From Nannocystis bainbridge (GTDB taxonomy: Bacteria; Myxococcota_A; Polyangia; Nannocystales; Nannocystaceae), in assembly GCF_028368995.1 (NCBI RefSeq), contig NZ_JAQNDL010000001.1, positions 1,440,001-1,504,000 on the forward strand: DNA of 64,000 nt. Reading direction: 5' to 3'. Position numbers and translations under genes: made by a program. The notes under the pieces were generated by a model. The model ran no database searches. It was not told where the DNA came from and saw nothing but the letters and a program-made list of their open reading frames with translations. Below are positions 9,674 through 18,669 of the stretch, one piece after another (the stretch's first letter is position 1; each line of letters opens with the position of its first letter).

Positions 9674-11116
9674 ATGCCCGCCACCGCCCGCAGCAAGCGA
9701 CGATTCGGGCGTCTGGGCGTCCGCCGGCGCCTGTTCGTCACCACCCTCGGCCTGCTGGTGCTGTGCGCCGGGGCGCTCGTGTCGGTGGTCCTGTGGTCGT
9801 TCGAGCGCTTCTACCTGGCCACCGCCGCGGCCGACCTCGGCGCCCGCACCCACGCGCTGGCCCAGACCGCCGGCGACCTGCTCGAGCAGGACGACCTGAC
9901 CCGCCTGCGCCTCCTCGTCGAGCGCTACGGCGCCCCCGAGGACATCGCCCTGCGGGTGGTCGCGCCCGACGGCCGCCTGCTCGCCACCTCGCAGCAAGAC
10001 CCCGCCGAGAGCGCGATCGTCTGGCCCACGGTGCCCGGCATGGCCGAAGCCCTGGCCGGCCGCGCCGCCAACGGCATCGCTCCCGGCCTCGTCGACAGCC
10101 AGGAGCGCATCTACCACGCCGTCCCGATCGTCCGTCACGGCCGCCAGCTCGGCGTCATCCGCATGTCGCGCTCGCTCGCCCAGCTGCAGGCGCACATGAC
10201 GGCCACGGTCTTCACCGTGCTCGCCGCGCTGGCCGTCATCCTCGCCGTCGGCGCCGGCTTCGTCGCATGGTTCGCGCGCGGCCTGGCGCGGCCGATCCAG
10301 CAGATGCGGGACTTCGCGGTCGCGCTCGGCCGCGGCGAGCTCGGCGCTCGCCTGGCGATCGCCCGCGCCGACGAGCTCGGCGAGCTCGCGGCCGAGCTCA
10401 ATCGCATGGCCGAGCGGCTCGCCGCGCTCGAGGGCGAGCGCCGCAGCTTCCTCGCCAACGCCTCGCACGAGCTGCGCACCCCCGTCTCCAACCTCCACGT
10501 CACCTTGCAGGCGCTCGACGGCGGCGCCGGCGAGGATCCCGAGCTGCGCACTCGCTTCGTCCGCACCGCCGTCGACGAGACCACGCGGCTGCGCACCCTG
10601 ATCCAGGACCTCCTCGACCTCGGCCACCTCGAGGCCGGCTCGACCCGCCTCGAGCGCAGCGACACCGCCCTGCGGCCCGTGCTCGAGCGGGCCACGCGGG
10701 CCATCGAGGGCCGCGCGCTCGACCGCCGCGTCTCGCTCGCCGTCGACCTCGACGAGGACCTGACCGTCTGCATCGACCCCGAGCGGATCGCCCAGGCCCT
10801 GCTGTGCGTCCTCGACAACGCCCTCAAGTTCTCGCCAGCGGGCAGCCGCATCGAGGTCGCGGCCCGCCGTCGCGGCAGCCGCGTCGACATCACGGTGCGC
10901 GACCAGGGCCCCGGCATCGCCGACGCCGACCGCCCGCACGTGTTCGAGCAGTTTTACACCGCCGACCCCGCGCGCCGCCGCGGCGGCTCCGGCCTCGGCC
11001 TGGCGATCGCCCGGCGGATCGTCGACGCCCACGGCGGCACGATCCACGTCGACACCGGCCCGGCCCGCGGCGCCGCCCTCGTCATCACCCTGCCCCTCGC
11101 CTCGCCCGCGGCGTGA
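9674..11116 (+). CDS. HAMP-domain sensor histidine kinase
   Basis: Two TM segments, HAMP, H-box ASHELRTP, N-box LDNALKF, DQGPGI, GSGLGLAI. Confidence 0.95.
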   Translation: MPATARSKRRFGRLGVRRRLFVTTLGLLVLCAGALVSVVLWSFERFYLATAAADLGARTHALAQTAGDLLEQDDLTRLRLLVERYGAPEDIALRVVAPDGRLLATSQQDPAESAIVWPTVPGMAEALAGRAANGIAPGLVDSQERIYHAVPIVRHGRQLGVIRMSRSLAQLQAHMTATVFTVLAALAVILAVGAGFVAWFARGLARPIQQMRDFAVALGRGELGARLAIARADELGELAAELNRMAERLAALEGERRSFLANASHELRTPVSNLHVTLQALDGGAGEDPELRTRFVRTAVDETTRLRTLIQDLLDLGHLEAGSTRLERSDTALRPVLERATRAIEGRALDRRVSLAVDLDEDLTVCIDPERIAQALLCVLDNALKFSPAGSRIEVAARRRGSRVDITVRDQGPGIADADRPHVFEQFYTADPARRRGGSGLGLAIARRIVDAHGGTIHVDTGPARGAALVITLPLASPAA

Positions 11117-11128
11117 ACTTCGGTCATC

Positions 11129-11164
11129 TGTCCCGAAGGACAGAATCACATGTCCTCCAGGACA
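11129..11164. repeat. Two perfect TGTCC-N4-GGACA palindromes
   Basis: TGTCCCGAAGGACA (11129) and TGTCCTCCAGGACA (11151) between convergent genes. Confidence 0.85.
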
Positions 11165-11183
11165 TGCGCGTTCATCGGTCCGT

Positions 11184-11831
11184 TCACCCCTCCTCGTCGG
11201 GCCAGCGCACCACCCGGCTCGCGTGCGCCACCTCCGGTTGCGGCGCCGGTCCTGCCAATGTCCGAAAGGTCAGGTTGATGCGCGGCCCCGTCACCCCCGG
11301 CTCGCGCGGCACCTTGTGCTGGTGCGTGTGCTGCAGGTCGCCGCGCATGATCAGCAGGTCGCCCGCCGCCAGCGCCAGCGTCAGGCACGGCTCGCTCGCC
11401 CCGCGCGCGCGGACCAGGAATTGCCGCGTCGCCCCGAACGACAGCGACGCGATGATCGGGTCGCGGCCCACCCCTGGGCTGTCGTCCGCGTGCCAGTTCA
11501 CCCCGTCCTCGCCGTCGCGGTACAGCTGCACGATGAGCGCGTTGAAGCGCGTCTCCGCCGTCGCCTCCGCCAGCGCGCGCAGCTCCGTCAGCAGCGGCGT
11601 CCACGGCAGCGGCGTGAACACCAGCCCCGAATAATCATAGGACCGCTCGCCGTAGTTGACCGTCAGCCGCGGCAGCTCGCGCGGGCGCCCGCCGTTCTCG
11701 TAGCGCACCGCCAGCCACGGCGTCTCGCGCAGCAGCGTCGCCATCAGCGCCGCCGCGCGGGCCGGCGCCACGAACCCGCGGGCCACCCGGATCCGGTCGT
11801 CCAGCAGCGAAGCCAGCCCCGCCGCGGTCAC
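11184..11831 (-). CDS. AlkB-family 2OG-Fe(II) dioxygenase (ALKBH2/3-like)
   Basis: FNALIVQLYRDGEDGVNWHADD (HxD), ASLSFGATR, HKVPR, RINLTFR; GTG start overlaps the GNAT stop codon. Confidence 0.9.
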   Translation of the reverse strand: MTAAGLASLLDDRIRVARGFVAPARAAALMATLLRETPWLAVRYENGGRPRELPRLTVNYGERSYDYSGLVFTPLPWTPLLTELRALAEATAETRFNALIVQLYRDGEDGVNWHADDSPGVGRDPIIASLSFGATRQFLVRARGASEPCLTLALAAGDLLIMRGDLQHTHQHKVPREPGVTGPRINLTFRTLAGPAPQPEVAHASRVVRWPDEEG

Positions 11832-12649
11832 GGCGACGGCTCCAGCCCCGGCCCTGGTCGCACCAGCGCCACCTTGTGATAGACCAGCGCGAACCCCATG
11901 CGGGCCGCGTTGCGCTCGGTCGGGATGCCCGGGCGCGAATGGATGCACACCACCGCGCACCCGCGGGCCTGCGCAGCCTGCAGCCGCAACGCGATGAGCG
12001 CCTGCTGGATCCCCCGCCCGCGGTGGCTCGCCCGCACCGAAGTCCCCAGCAGCGCCGCCACCCCCTCGCCGACATCGAGCGAACCGCCCCCGACCGCCGC
12101 CGCGCCGTCGAGCGCCAGGAAGCACTCCGTGCGCGCCTCCGCGATCATCCGCCGCGACGCGTCTGCCAGCGCCTCCGGCACCGGCGCGCCCTCGGGGCGA
12201 AAGCCGCAGGTCGAAGCCTCGACGAACGCCTCGACCTGGGCCCTATCCTTCCGATCGACGCGCGCGAACGTGATCCCGGCCGGCCACCCGAGCGCCGGCG
12301 CGAACGCCTCGCCCGCCGTCAGCGGCCGGGCCAGCACCGCCTCGAACTCGCGCAGCACGAAGCCTCGGGCCGCCAGAGCGGCCAGCAGCGTCTCGTCGGC
12401 GAAGGCGCACACCTCGAGCTTCGGCTCGATGCCGCGGCTGGCGTAGAACTCGACCAGGCGGTCGACCTCGGCCTCCGCGACCGGCCCCGCGAGCCCGAGC
12501 CCGCACGCCTGATTGGTCCACGAACCCGGCCCGCTGACCGACATGAACCCGCCGGCGACCGGCTCCGAAACCAGCGCCGCCGCCACCGTGCATTCGGCCT
12601 GGCGACGCTCCTCGAGCACGGCGATGTCCCTCGGCGACAGCTGCGACAT
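11828..12649 (-). CDS. GNAT family N-acetyltransferase
   Basis: TSVRASHRGRGIQQALI acetyl-CoA motif A; ERNAARMGF. Confidence 0.88.
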   Translation of the reverse strand: MSQLSPRDIAVLEERRQAECTVAAALVSEPVAGGFMSVSGPGSWTNQACGLGLAGPVAEAEVDRLVEFYASRGIEPKLEVCAFADETLLAALAARGFVLREFEAVLARPLTAGEAFAPALGWPAGITFARVDRKDRAQVEAFVEASTCGFRPEGAPVPEALADASRRMIAEARTECFLALDGAAAVGGGSLDVGEGVAALLGTSVRASHRGRGIQQALIALRLQAAQARGCAVVCIHSRPGIPTERNAARMGFALVYHKVALVRPGPGLEPSP

Positions 12650-12844
12650 GATGCGCGCGAGCCTACGCCAACTCGCGGGGCCCGCCAAGCGCGGCCCCGC
12701 GACATGTCCCTTCGGCCAGCTCGAAATATATCCGCCGCTGCTCCCGCGGTCCGCCGGAGAGATTCGACCGTCGCTCGCGCGGGTGCAGCGCGAGCCGCAC
12801 GCGACGCAACCTGCCTTACGACCGCGATCCTTGCGGGAGCTCGA

Positions 12845-13624
12845 TCAGAATTCGAAGCCGCAGCACTCGAACGAGATATCCGCCTTCTCGTCCGGCTCGA
12901 GCGCGCAGAACCCCTCGGATGACCCGCACGTGCCGTCCGGCTGGCCGGCGATGAGGCACGTGCAAGTGTCGCCCTCGCAGCGGATCTCCTCCGCCGGCCC
13001 GTCGATGCACTGGAAGCCGTACGAGCACGTATCCGGCCCCTCGCTGGATCCGATCTCCTCGCACTCCTCCGCCGAGCACGCCTCCACGAGCGCCAGCGAC
13101 TCCGCAGCGCAGCCGTTCAAATTCTCGCTCAGCAGCTCCTCGCAGGTCAGCCCGCTGGCGCACTGGTAGGCCGCGACCGTGGCCGCGGTGCACGCCTCGT
13201 CGCCGCCGGGGAGGTCGCTGGTGCAGTCGAGCTTGCAGGAGGCGACGTCGCCGAACTCGGGCGACTCGCACTCGTTGACGAACTTCTCGCACAGCGACTC
13301 GCACGCGGCGTCGACTTCGGGCGAGACCTCTCCGCCGGTGGTGGTGCCGGGCTCCTCGGCGGTCGTCGCTTCGGTCGTGCCCTCCGTCGAGGTCGGCGCA
13401 GTGGTCTCCGTGGTCTCCGTGGTCTCCGTGGTCGAGGTCGGCGCCGTCGTCATCGCGTCGGTGCCTGCCGTGTCCTCGGTGCCTGCCGTCGCGTCGGTGC
13501 CTGCCGTCGCGTCGGTCGTCGCGTCGGTGTCCGTGGTCATCGACTCGCCGCCGGGGCACGCGGCGAGTGCGAACACTCCGGCGATCAGACAGGCGCGAGC
13601 GAAAGACGAAGTCATCGTGTTCAT
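12845..13624 (-). CDS. Thr-rich, Cys-rich lipoprotein
   Basis: Lipobox ALAAC, Thr-rich linker, multi-Cys C-terminal domain. Confidence 0.8.
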   Translation of the reverse strand: MNTMTSSFARACLIAGVFALAACPGGESMTTDTDATTDATAGTDATAGTEDTAGTDAMTTAPTSTTETTETTETTAPTSTEGTTEATTAEEPGTTTGGEVSPEVDAACESLCEKFVNECESPEFGDVASCKLDCTSDLPGGDEACTAATVAAYQCASGLTCEELLSENLNGCAAESLALVEACSAEECEEIGSSEGPDTCSYGFQCIDGPAEEIRCEGDTCTCLIAGQPDGTCGSSEGFCALEPDEKADISFECCGFEF

Positions 13625-13924
13625 GGCCGGCGAAGTAACCGGGCCGCCGAGAAAAATTGCGGCGATGTTCGCGCGAACGACCGCCACCTCGCAGCCCCCG
13701 TCGAGCCCGCCGCCGCGAAGCTCTCCGGGACGCGGGACGGCCGCGGACGCGGCTCACGGCCAGCGACGGCCAGCAGCGCGAGCGCGAGCCTCGTCGGCGC
13801 CATGGGGCCCTGCCCGAGGCGGCTCGGGCCGGGCTGCCCGCCGCATGCAATTTCGACCAGCTCCTTTCGTGCCGGCCACCGACTGGCAGACCGGCCGCAT
13901 TTCGCGGATCCTCACCGCTCTGCC

Positions 13925-14368
13925 ATGCCCGACGTGATCGAGTTCTACCTGGCCGGCGAACTGAACGGCGAGTTCTCCAACTTCGCCCCCTTCCCGATCA
14001 AGCTCGGCGGCAAGAGGTGGCCGACCAGCGAGCACTACTTCCAGGCCCAGAAGTTCGCCGGCACGCCGCACGAGGAGGAGATCCGTCGCGTCAAGAAGCC
14101 GCGCCTGGCCGCCGAGATGGGCCGCGACCGCAAGCGCCCGCTGCGGCGCGACTGGGAGGCCGTCAAGGAGCGCGTGATGCTCGACGCCCTGCGCGCCAAG
14201 TTCAACCAGCACGACGACCTCCGCGCGCTCCTGCTCGCCACCGGCAACGCCCGCCTCGTCGAGCACACCGCCAACGACGCCTACTGGGGCGACGGCGGCG
14301 ACGGCAGCGGCAAGAACCGCCTCGGCTACCTGCTCATGCAGCTCCGCGAAGAGCTGCGCAACGCCTGA
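13925..14368 (+). CDS. NADAR family protein (YbiA-like), copy 1
   Basis: FSNFAPFP, WPTSEHYFQAQKF, DWEAVK, AKFNQH, LLATG, DAYWGDGGDGSGKNRLGYLLMQLR. Confidence 0.95.
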   Translation: MPDVIEFYLAGELNGEFSNFAPFPIKLGGKRWPTSEHYFQAQKFAGTPHEEEIRRVKKPRLAAEMGRDRKRPLRRDWEAVKERVMLDALRAKFNQHDDLRALLLATGNARLVEHTANDAYWGDGGDGSGKNRLGYLLMQLREELRNA

Positions 14369-14599
14369 GTCCTTGGCCGATCGGGTCGCAACGTCCGCGC
14401 GCGCCGACGATTGCGAAGCGACCCCCGCGAGCTCACGGCGGCGCCGCGCGCGTGCGACGACGCGGACATGCGCGCAAGCATGGCATCGATCGCCTCGTCG
14501 CATTCCAGGATGTATCGAGGCGTTCGAGGCCGGCGCGGTATCGAGGAGCTCGATCTCCGTCGACGTCGCCGCGCCTTCGCTGCTACTGTCGCCTCTGCG

Positions 14600-15124
14600 A
14601 TGTCCCAGCCCGATTTCGACGGTTCGCAGGTGATCGAGACCGCCACCATGGTGCTGTTCTGGCAGCCGCCGGGGCTGTTCGGCCAGTGGACCCCCTCGCG
14701 CTTCGAGGTCGACGGCGTCACCTACGGCTGCGCCGAGCAGTTCATGATGGCCGAAAAGGCCCGGCTGTTCGGCGACGAAGCCACCCGCGCCCGGATCCTC
14801 GCCACCGACTCACCGAAGCAGCACAAGGCCCTCGGCCGCGAGGTCGCCGGCTTCGAGCAGGCCGTGTGGGACCGCGAGTGCCTCGACATCGTCGTGCGCG
14901 GCAACCGGGCCAAGTTCGGCCAGGACCCGGCCCTGCGCGCCGCCCTGCTCGCCACCGGCGACAAGCTGCTCGTCGAGGCCAGCCCGCTCGACCGCCTGTG
15001 GGGCGTCGGCCTGCGCGCCGACGACCCGCGGATCCACGACCCGGCCCAGTGGCGCGGCAAGAACCTGCTCGGCGAGGCGCTGATGCGCGTGCGCGCCGAG
15101 CTCCGCGCCGCCGATCTTTCATAA
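14600..15124 (+). CDS. NADAR family protein, copy 2 (different subfamily)
   Basis: FGQWTPS, AEQFMMAEKARLFGD, KALGREV, GNRAKFGQ, LVEASPLDRLWGVG, WRGKNLLGEALMRVR. Confidence 0.95.
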   Translation: MSQPDFDGSQVIETATMVLFWQPPGLFGQWTPSRFEVDGVTYGCAEQFMMAEKARLFGDEATRARILATDSPKQHKALGREVAGFEQAVWDRECLDIVVRGNRAKFGQDPALRAALLATGDKLLVEASPLDRLWGVGLRADDPRIHDPAQWRGKNLLGEALMRVRAELRAADLS

Positions 15125-15186
15125 ACATGTCTCTTGAGCCATATCGCACGACGTGACTCTTCGGACAGCTCACCGCCAGCCGCCCC

Positions 15187-15719
15187 TCACGAGAACTTCA
15201 GGTCGAGCCGCCCCAGCGCGAAGAAGAACGGCGCCGGCGCCCGCGGCAACTTCCCTCGCATCAAGTTGCGCAGCGCCAGCCGCGGCCAGCTGCGCCGCGC
15301 GTCGACCCCGGAGAAGAACCGCGCCCCGCGTAATAGATCCGCTCGACCTCCTCGTCGCCGACCCGCCCGCGCACATAACTCGGCGTGTGCAGCCCGTGGT
15401 GATCCCACGCGTCGCGGCCGGGCTGCGGCGCCAGCCGCTGCGCCCGCCCCGGTCGCCCCGGCTCGCTCACGGACGACCACTGCGGCGAGTCCAGCTCGGC
15501 CCCCGCCGGCAGCTGCAGCGCGAACAGGTTGTTGCGAAAGTCGAGTTGAAACCCGCCGACGAACATGGTCCAGCGCCCGTCGACCCGGGCCACGCACGGA
15601 TCGCCGTAACCGAGCAGGTTCCGCGCCGGCGTGCCGTCCAGCATGCTGTAGAGCAGCGTCGGCGGGCCACACGGACGCAGTCGGGACACTCGCGGATCGA
15701 CGGACTCGGACACGCCCAC
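15187..15719 (-). pseudogene. Internally deleted/frameshifted beta-propeller glycosidase-like gene remnant
   Basis: Frame A: GYGDPCVARVDGRWTMFVGG...DAWDHHGLHTPSYVRG...ERIYYAGR. At about 15320 protein-like sequence switches to frame B: FFSGVDARRSWPRLALRNL...PAPFFFALGRLDL*. Confidence 0.55.
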
Positions 15720-16144
15720 GACGGTAGCACCGCGATCGCCGCAGCATCACGGCGACGCAGACCGCGACTCGCTCGTCGTCCTCGACAAACTCGCGCAGGC
15801 CCACGCCCCGTCGGACCTCGCCCTGCCATCAATCCACGCCGCCCGCCGAATCACCCACTCCCGCGATGCACCGACCTTCGCGGCGCGATCTCCAGTGGCG
15901 GCATCCGCCCTCTCGACGACCGCACCACCGCGATCTCCGAGCCCCACCAACATCCTGCATCGCGCCGCGCCTCGCAGCCCGCGAACGCGACCCATCACCC
16001 AACCACTGAACCGACCCTAACACGTCGCAGCGTCCCGCTACCAGCCCCGATCTGCTCACGTCCGCCGGCTCGGCCTGGAGGATCCGCACCCATCCTCTCC
16101 GCGCCTGCGCTCGCCCCCTCGAGCCGCGGTGTCATCTTTCGCCC

Positions 16145-18115
16145 ATGACTCGACCGCTCGCCCCGCCGGAGGCCGAACTCGTCGCCGAGGAGCGCCGCGT
16201 CTTGCGGGACCTCGCCGCTGCGCTGCCCGGGGCCCGCTATTTCGGCCGCCTGCGCGTGCGCACCGCGGCTGGCGAGCGCGACGTCTTGCTCGCCGATCGC
16301 GCCTTCGTCGGTCACGACCTCGCGCTCGTCGACTGGCGCACCGCCCCGCTCGCCGAGGTCTTCTTCACCTGCGACGTCGGCGACGACTACGAGCTGGAGC
16401 GCGACGATCGCCCCCTGCGCGGCGTCGTCGTTCGCCGTCACCTCGTCCACCTCCGCGCCGGCGAGCTCGTCGGCCTCGACCTCGCCGATCGCCGCCTCCG
16501 TCGTCAATCACACGACCTCTGGCTCGCCGACGAGCGGCCCGGCCCGCGTATCGCCCCGCGCCCGCCCGCCCAGCGCAGCCGCCCGCTGTCGCCCGCGCGC
16601 GTCGAGCTCGATCCGCACCAGCGCGCCGCCGTCGAACTCGCCGCCGAGCGCTCGCTGCTCGTCCTCGGCGAGGCCGGCTTCGGCAAGACCACCGTCGCCC
16701 TGCACCGCCTCGCCTTCCTCGCCCGCGCCGCCCACGACGCCCGCCGTCCGTTTCGCGCCCTCATGCTCGTGCCCACCCCCGGCCTGCAGCGCCTGGCCGT
16801 CCGCATGCTCGCCGACCTCGGCGTCGCGCGCGTCCACGTCGACACCTTCGAGCGATGGGTCACCGCCCAGGCCCGGCGCCTGTTCCCCCAATTGCCGCGC
16901 CGCCTCAGCGAGGCCGCCGGTCCCGGCGTGCGCACCTTCAAGCGCCACCCCGCCTTGCGCACCGTCCTGCCGCAGATCGTCGTTGGCACTGCCGCCATGC
17001 GCGACCTCGCGTCCGGCTACCGCGAGCACGCCGTCAGCCTGCGCGACCTCCTGTTGCACCTCTACGGCGACCGCCAACTGCTGGCCGACGTCGCCGCCCA
17101 GGCTCCGGACGAGCTCGGCCCCGCGGTCCTGCAGGACGTGCTCGCCCACACCAAGATCCAGTTCAGCGCCACCACCGAGCGGGCCATGGCCCACGTCGAC
17201 GGCGAGCGGCTGCAAACCCTCGACGGCCGCCCGATCGACGCCGGCACCCCGCTCGCCGACGCCGACACCCTCGACGTCGAGGACTTCGCGGTCCTGTTCG
17301 CCTTGCATCGCCGGATCACCGGCGGCGACCGCACCCCGCACGGCGCCCTCTCGCATTATCAACACATCCTGCTCGACGAGGCCCAGGAGCTGGCCCCCAT
17401 CGAGCTCGAGCTGCTCGCCCGCGCCGTCGCGCCCGACGGCACCGTCACCGTCGCTGGCGACGAGCGACAGCAAGTCGACGCCTCGACCGCCTTCCCCGGC
17501 TGGCCCGCCGTGCTCGCCGAGCTCGGGCGCAGCGAGGCCACCACCGCCGCGCTCACTGTCAGCTACCGCTGCCCGCCGCCCATCGAGGACGTCGCCCGCG
17601 CCGTGCTCGACCCTGGCCAGCGGCCCCGCGACGTCGCCCACCGCGACCACCTGCTCGTCACCCGCCACGACAGCCCCTGCCACCTCGTCGCCGACCTCAC
17701 CGACGCCTTGCTCGCGCTGACGCGCGCCGACCCGCACGTCCACGTCGCCGTCGTCTGCCGCCACGTCGAGACCGCCGCGGCCCTGCACGCCGACCTCGCG
17801 CGCGCGCTGCCGGCCCGCCTGGTCGTCGAGGACGGCGAATTCCGGTTCGCCCCCGGCATCGAGGTCACCACCGTCCAGGACGTCAAGGGCCTCGAGTTCG
17901 ACCTCGTGATCGTCCCCGACCTCGACGGCGCCACCTACCCCGATCGTGCTGACGCCCGCCGCGCCCTCTACGTCGCCGCCACCCGCCCGCTGCACCGCCT
18001 GTGGCTGGCCAGCCCCGGCCCGTGGTCGCCGCTGCTCCCGACCTGGCTCCTGGACCATGTCCGCGAGGACATCCCGAACGAGCCCACCCGCGTGCCCCAA
18101 CCACAGGTCTCATGA
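16145..18115 (+). CDS. UvrD/HelD-like SF1 helicase/ATPase
   Basis: Walker A GEAGFGKT, ILLDEAQE, AGDERQQ, LTVSYR, VKGLEFD, LYVAATR; N-terminal YFGRL and VDWRTAPLA as in HelD-like proteins. Confidence 0.9.
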   Translation: MTRPLAPPEAELVAEERRVLRDLAAALPGARYFGRLRVRTAAGERDVLLADRAFVGHDLALVDWRTAPLAEVFFTCDVGDDYELERDDRPLRGVVVRRHLVHLRAGELVGLDLADRRLRRQSHDLWLADERPGPRIAPRPPAQRSRPLSPARVELDPHQRAAVELAAERSLLVLGEAGFGKTTVALHRLAFLARAAHDARRPFRALMLVPTPGLQRLAVRMLADLGVARVHVDTFERWVTAQARRLFPQLPRRLSEAAGPGVRTFKRHPALRTVLPQIVVGTAAMRDLASGYREHAVSLRDLLLHLYGDRQLLADVAAQAPDELGPAVLQDVLAHTKIQFSATTERAMAHVDGERLQTLDGRPIDAGTPLADADTLDVEDFAVLFALHRRITGGDRTPHGALSHYQHILLDEAQELAPIELELLARAVAPDGTVTVAGDERQQVDASTAFPGWPAVLAELGRSEATTAALTVSYRCPPPIEDVARAVLDPGQRPRDVAHRDHLLVTRHDSPCHLVADLTDALLALTRADPHVHVAVVCRHVETAAALHADLARALPARLVVEDGEFRFAPGIEVTTVQDVKGLEFDLVIVPDLDGATYPDRADARRALYVAATRPLHRLWLASPGPWSPLLPTWLLDHVREDIPNEPTRVPQPQVS

Positions 18116-18460
18116 GACATGTCCGTTCGGACATGGCGAGCGCAGCCCGCTCGCGCTTCGAACATAACTCTTCGTACATGTCCAATGGGTCATGTCAATC
18201 GCCGAGCCGCTCGAGCACGGCGCTCCGCACATGTCCGATGGCCATGTCGATCGCCGAACCGCTCGAACACGGCGCTTCGCACATATCCGATGGGCCAATG
18301 TCGATCGCCGCGCCCGCTCGAACACGGCGCTTCGCACATGTCCGATGGGACACGACGATCACCCCACCCGCTCGAACCCGGCGCTTCGCACATGTCGATG
18401 GGCCGCGTCGATCACCGCGCGCGCCGCGAACCTGCCGCCTCGCACATGTCCTCGAGGACA
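18106..18460. repeat. Tandem ~53-bp repeat (5-6 degenerate units), each carrying a TGTCC-N4-GGACA-like palindrome
   Basis: Unit approx. TCGATCGCCGAACCGCTCGAACACGGCGCTTCGCACATGTCCGATGGGCCAATG; perfect palindromes at 18120, 18339, 18447. Confidence 0.85.
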
Positions 18461-18669
18461 TCCGCCCCGATCCACCGCGAGACGGCCCCCGACGCGCGCT
18501 CCAGGCAATCCCCGCGCCCTGCGATCGACCGCCGTTCAGCGCCCTCACTGCTTGACGAAACGCACGACGCCGGGCCTCCGCCGTCTCCGAGACCGCGGCG
18601 CGCGACGCCCTCGGGGTGGGGTCTGCCTCGCCCCTGCGCCGGCGCTGCGCCGACTGCTACGGTCCCCGC

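Noticed and set aside
18106-18460. Possible CRISPR array
   Set aside because: Units are contiguous degenerate repeats without unique spacers; no cas genes in the window.
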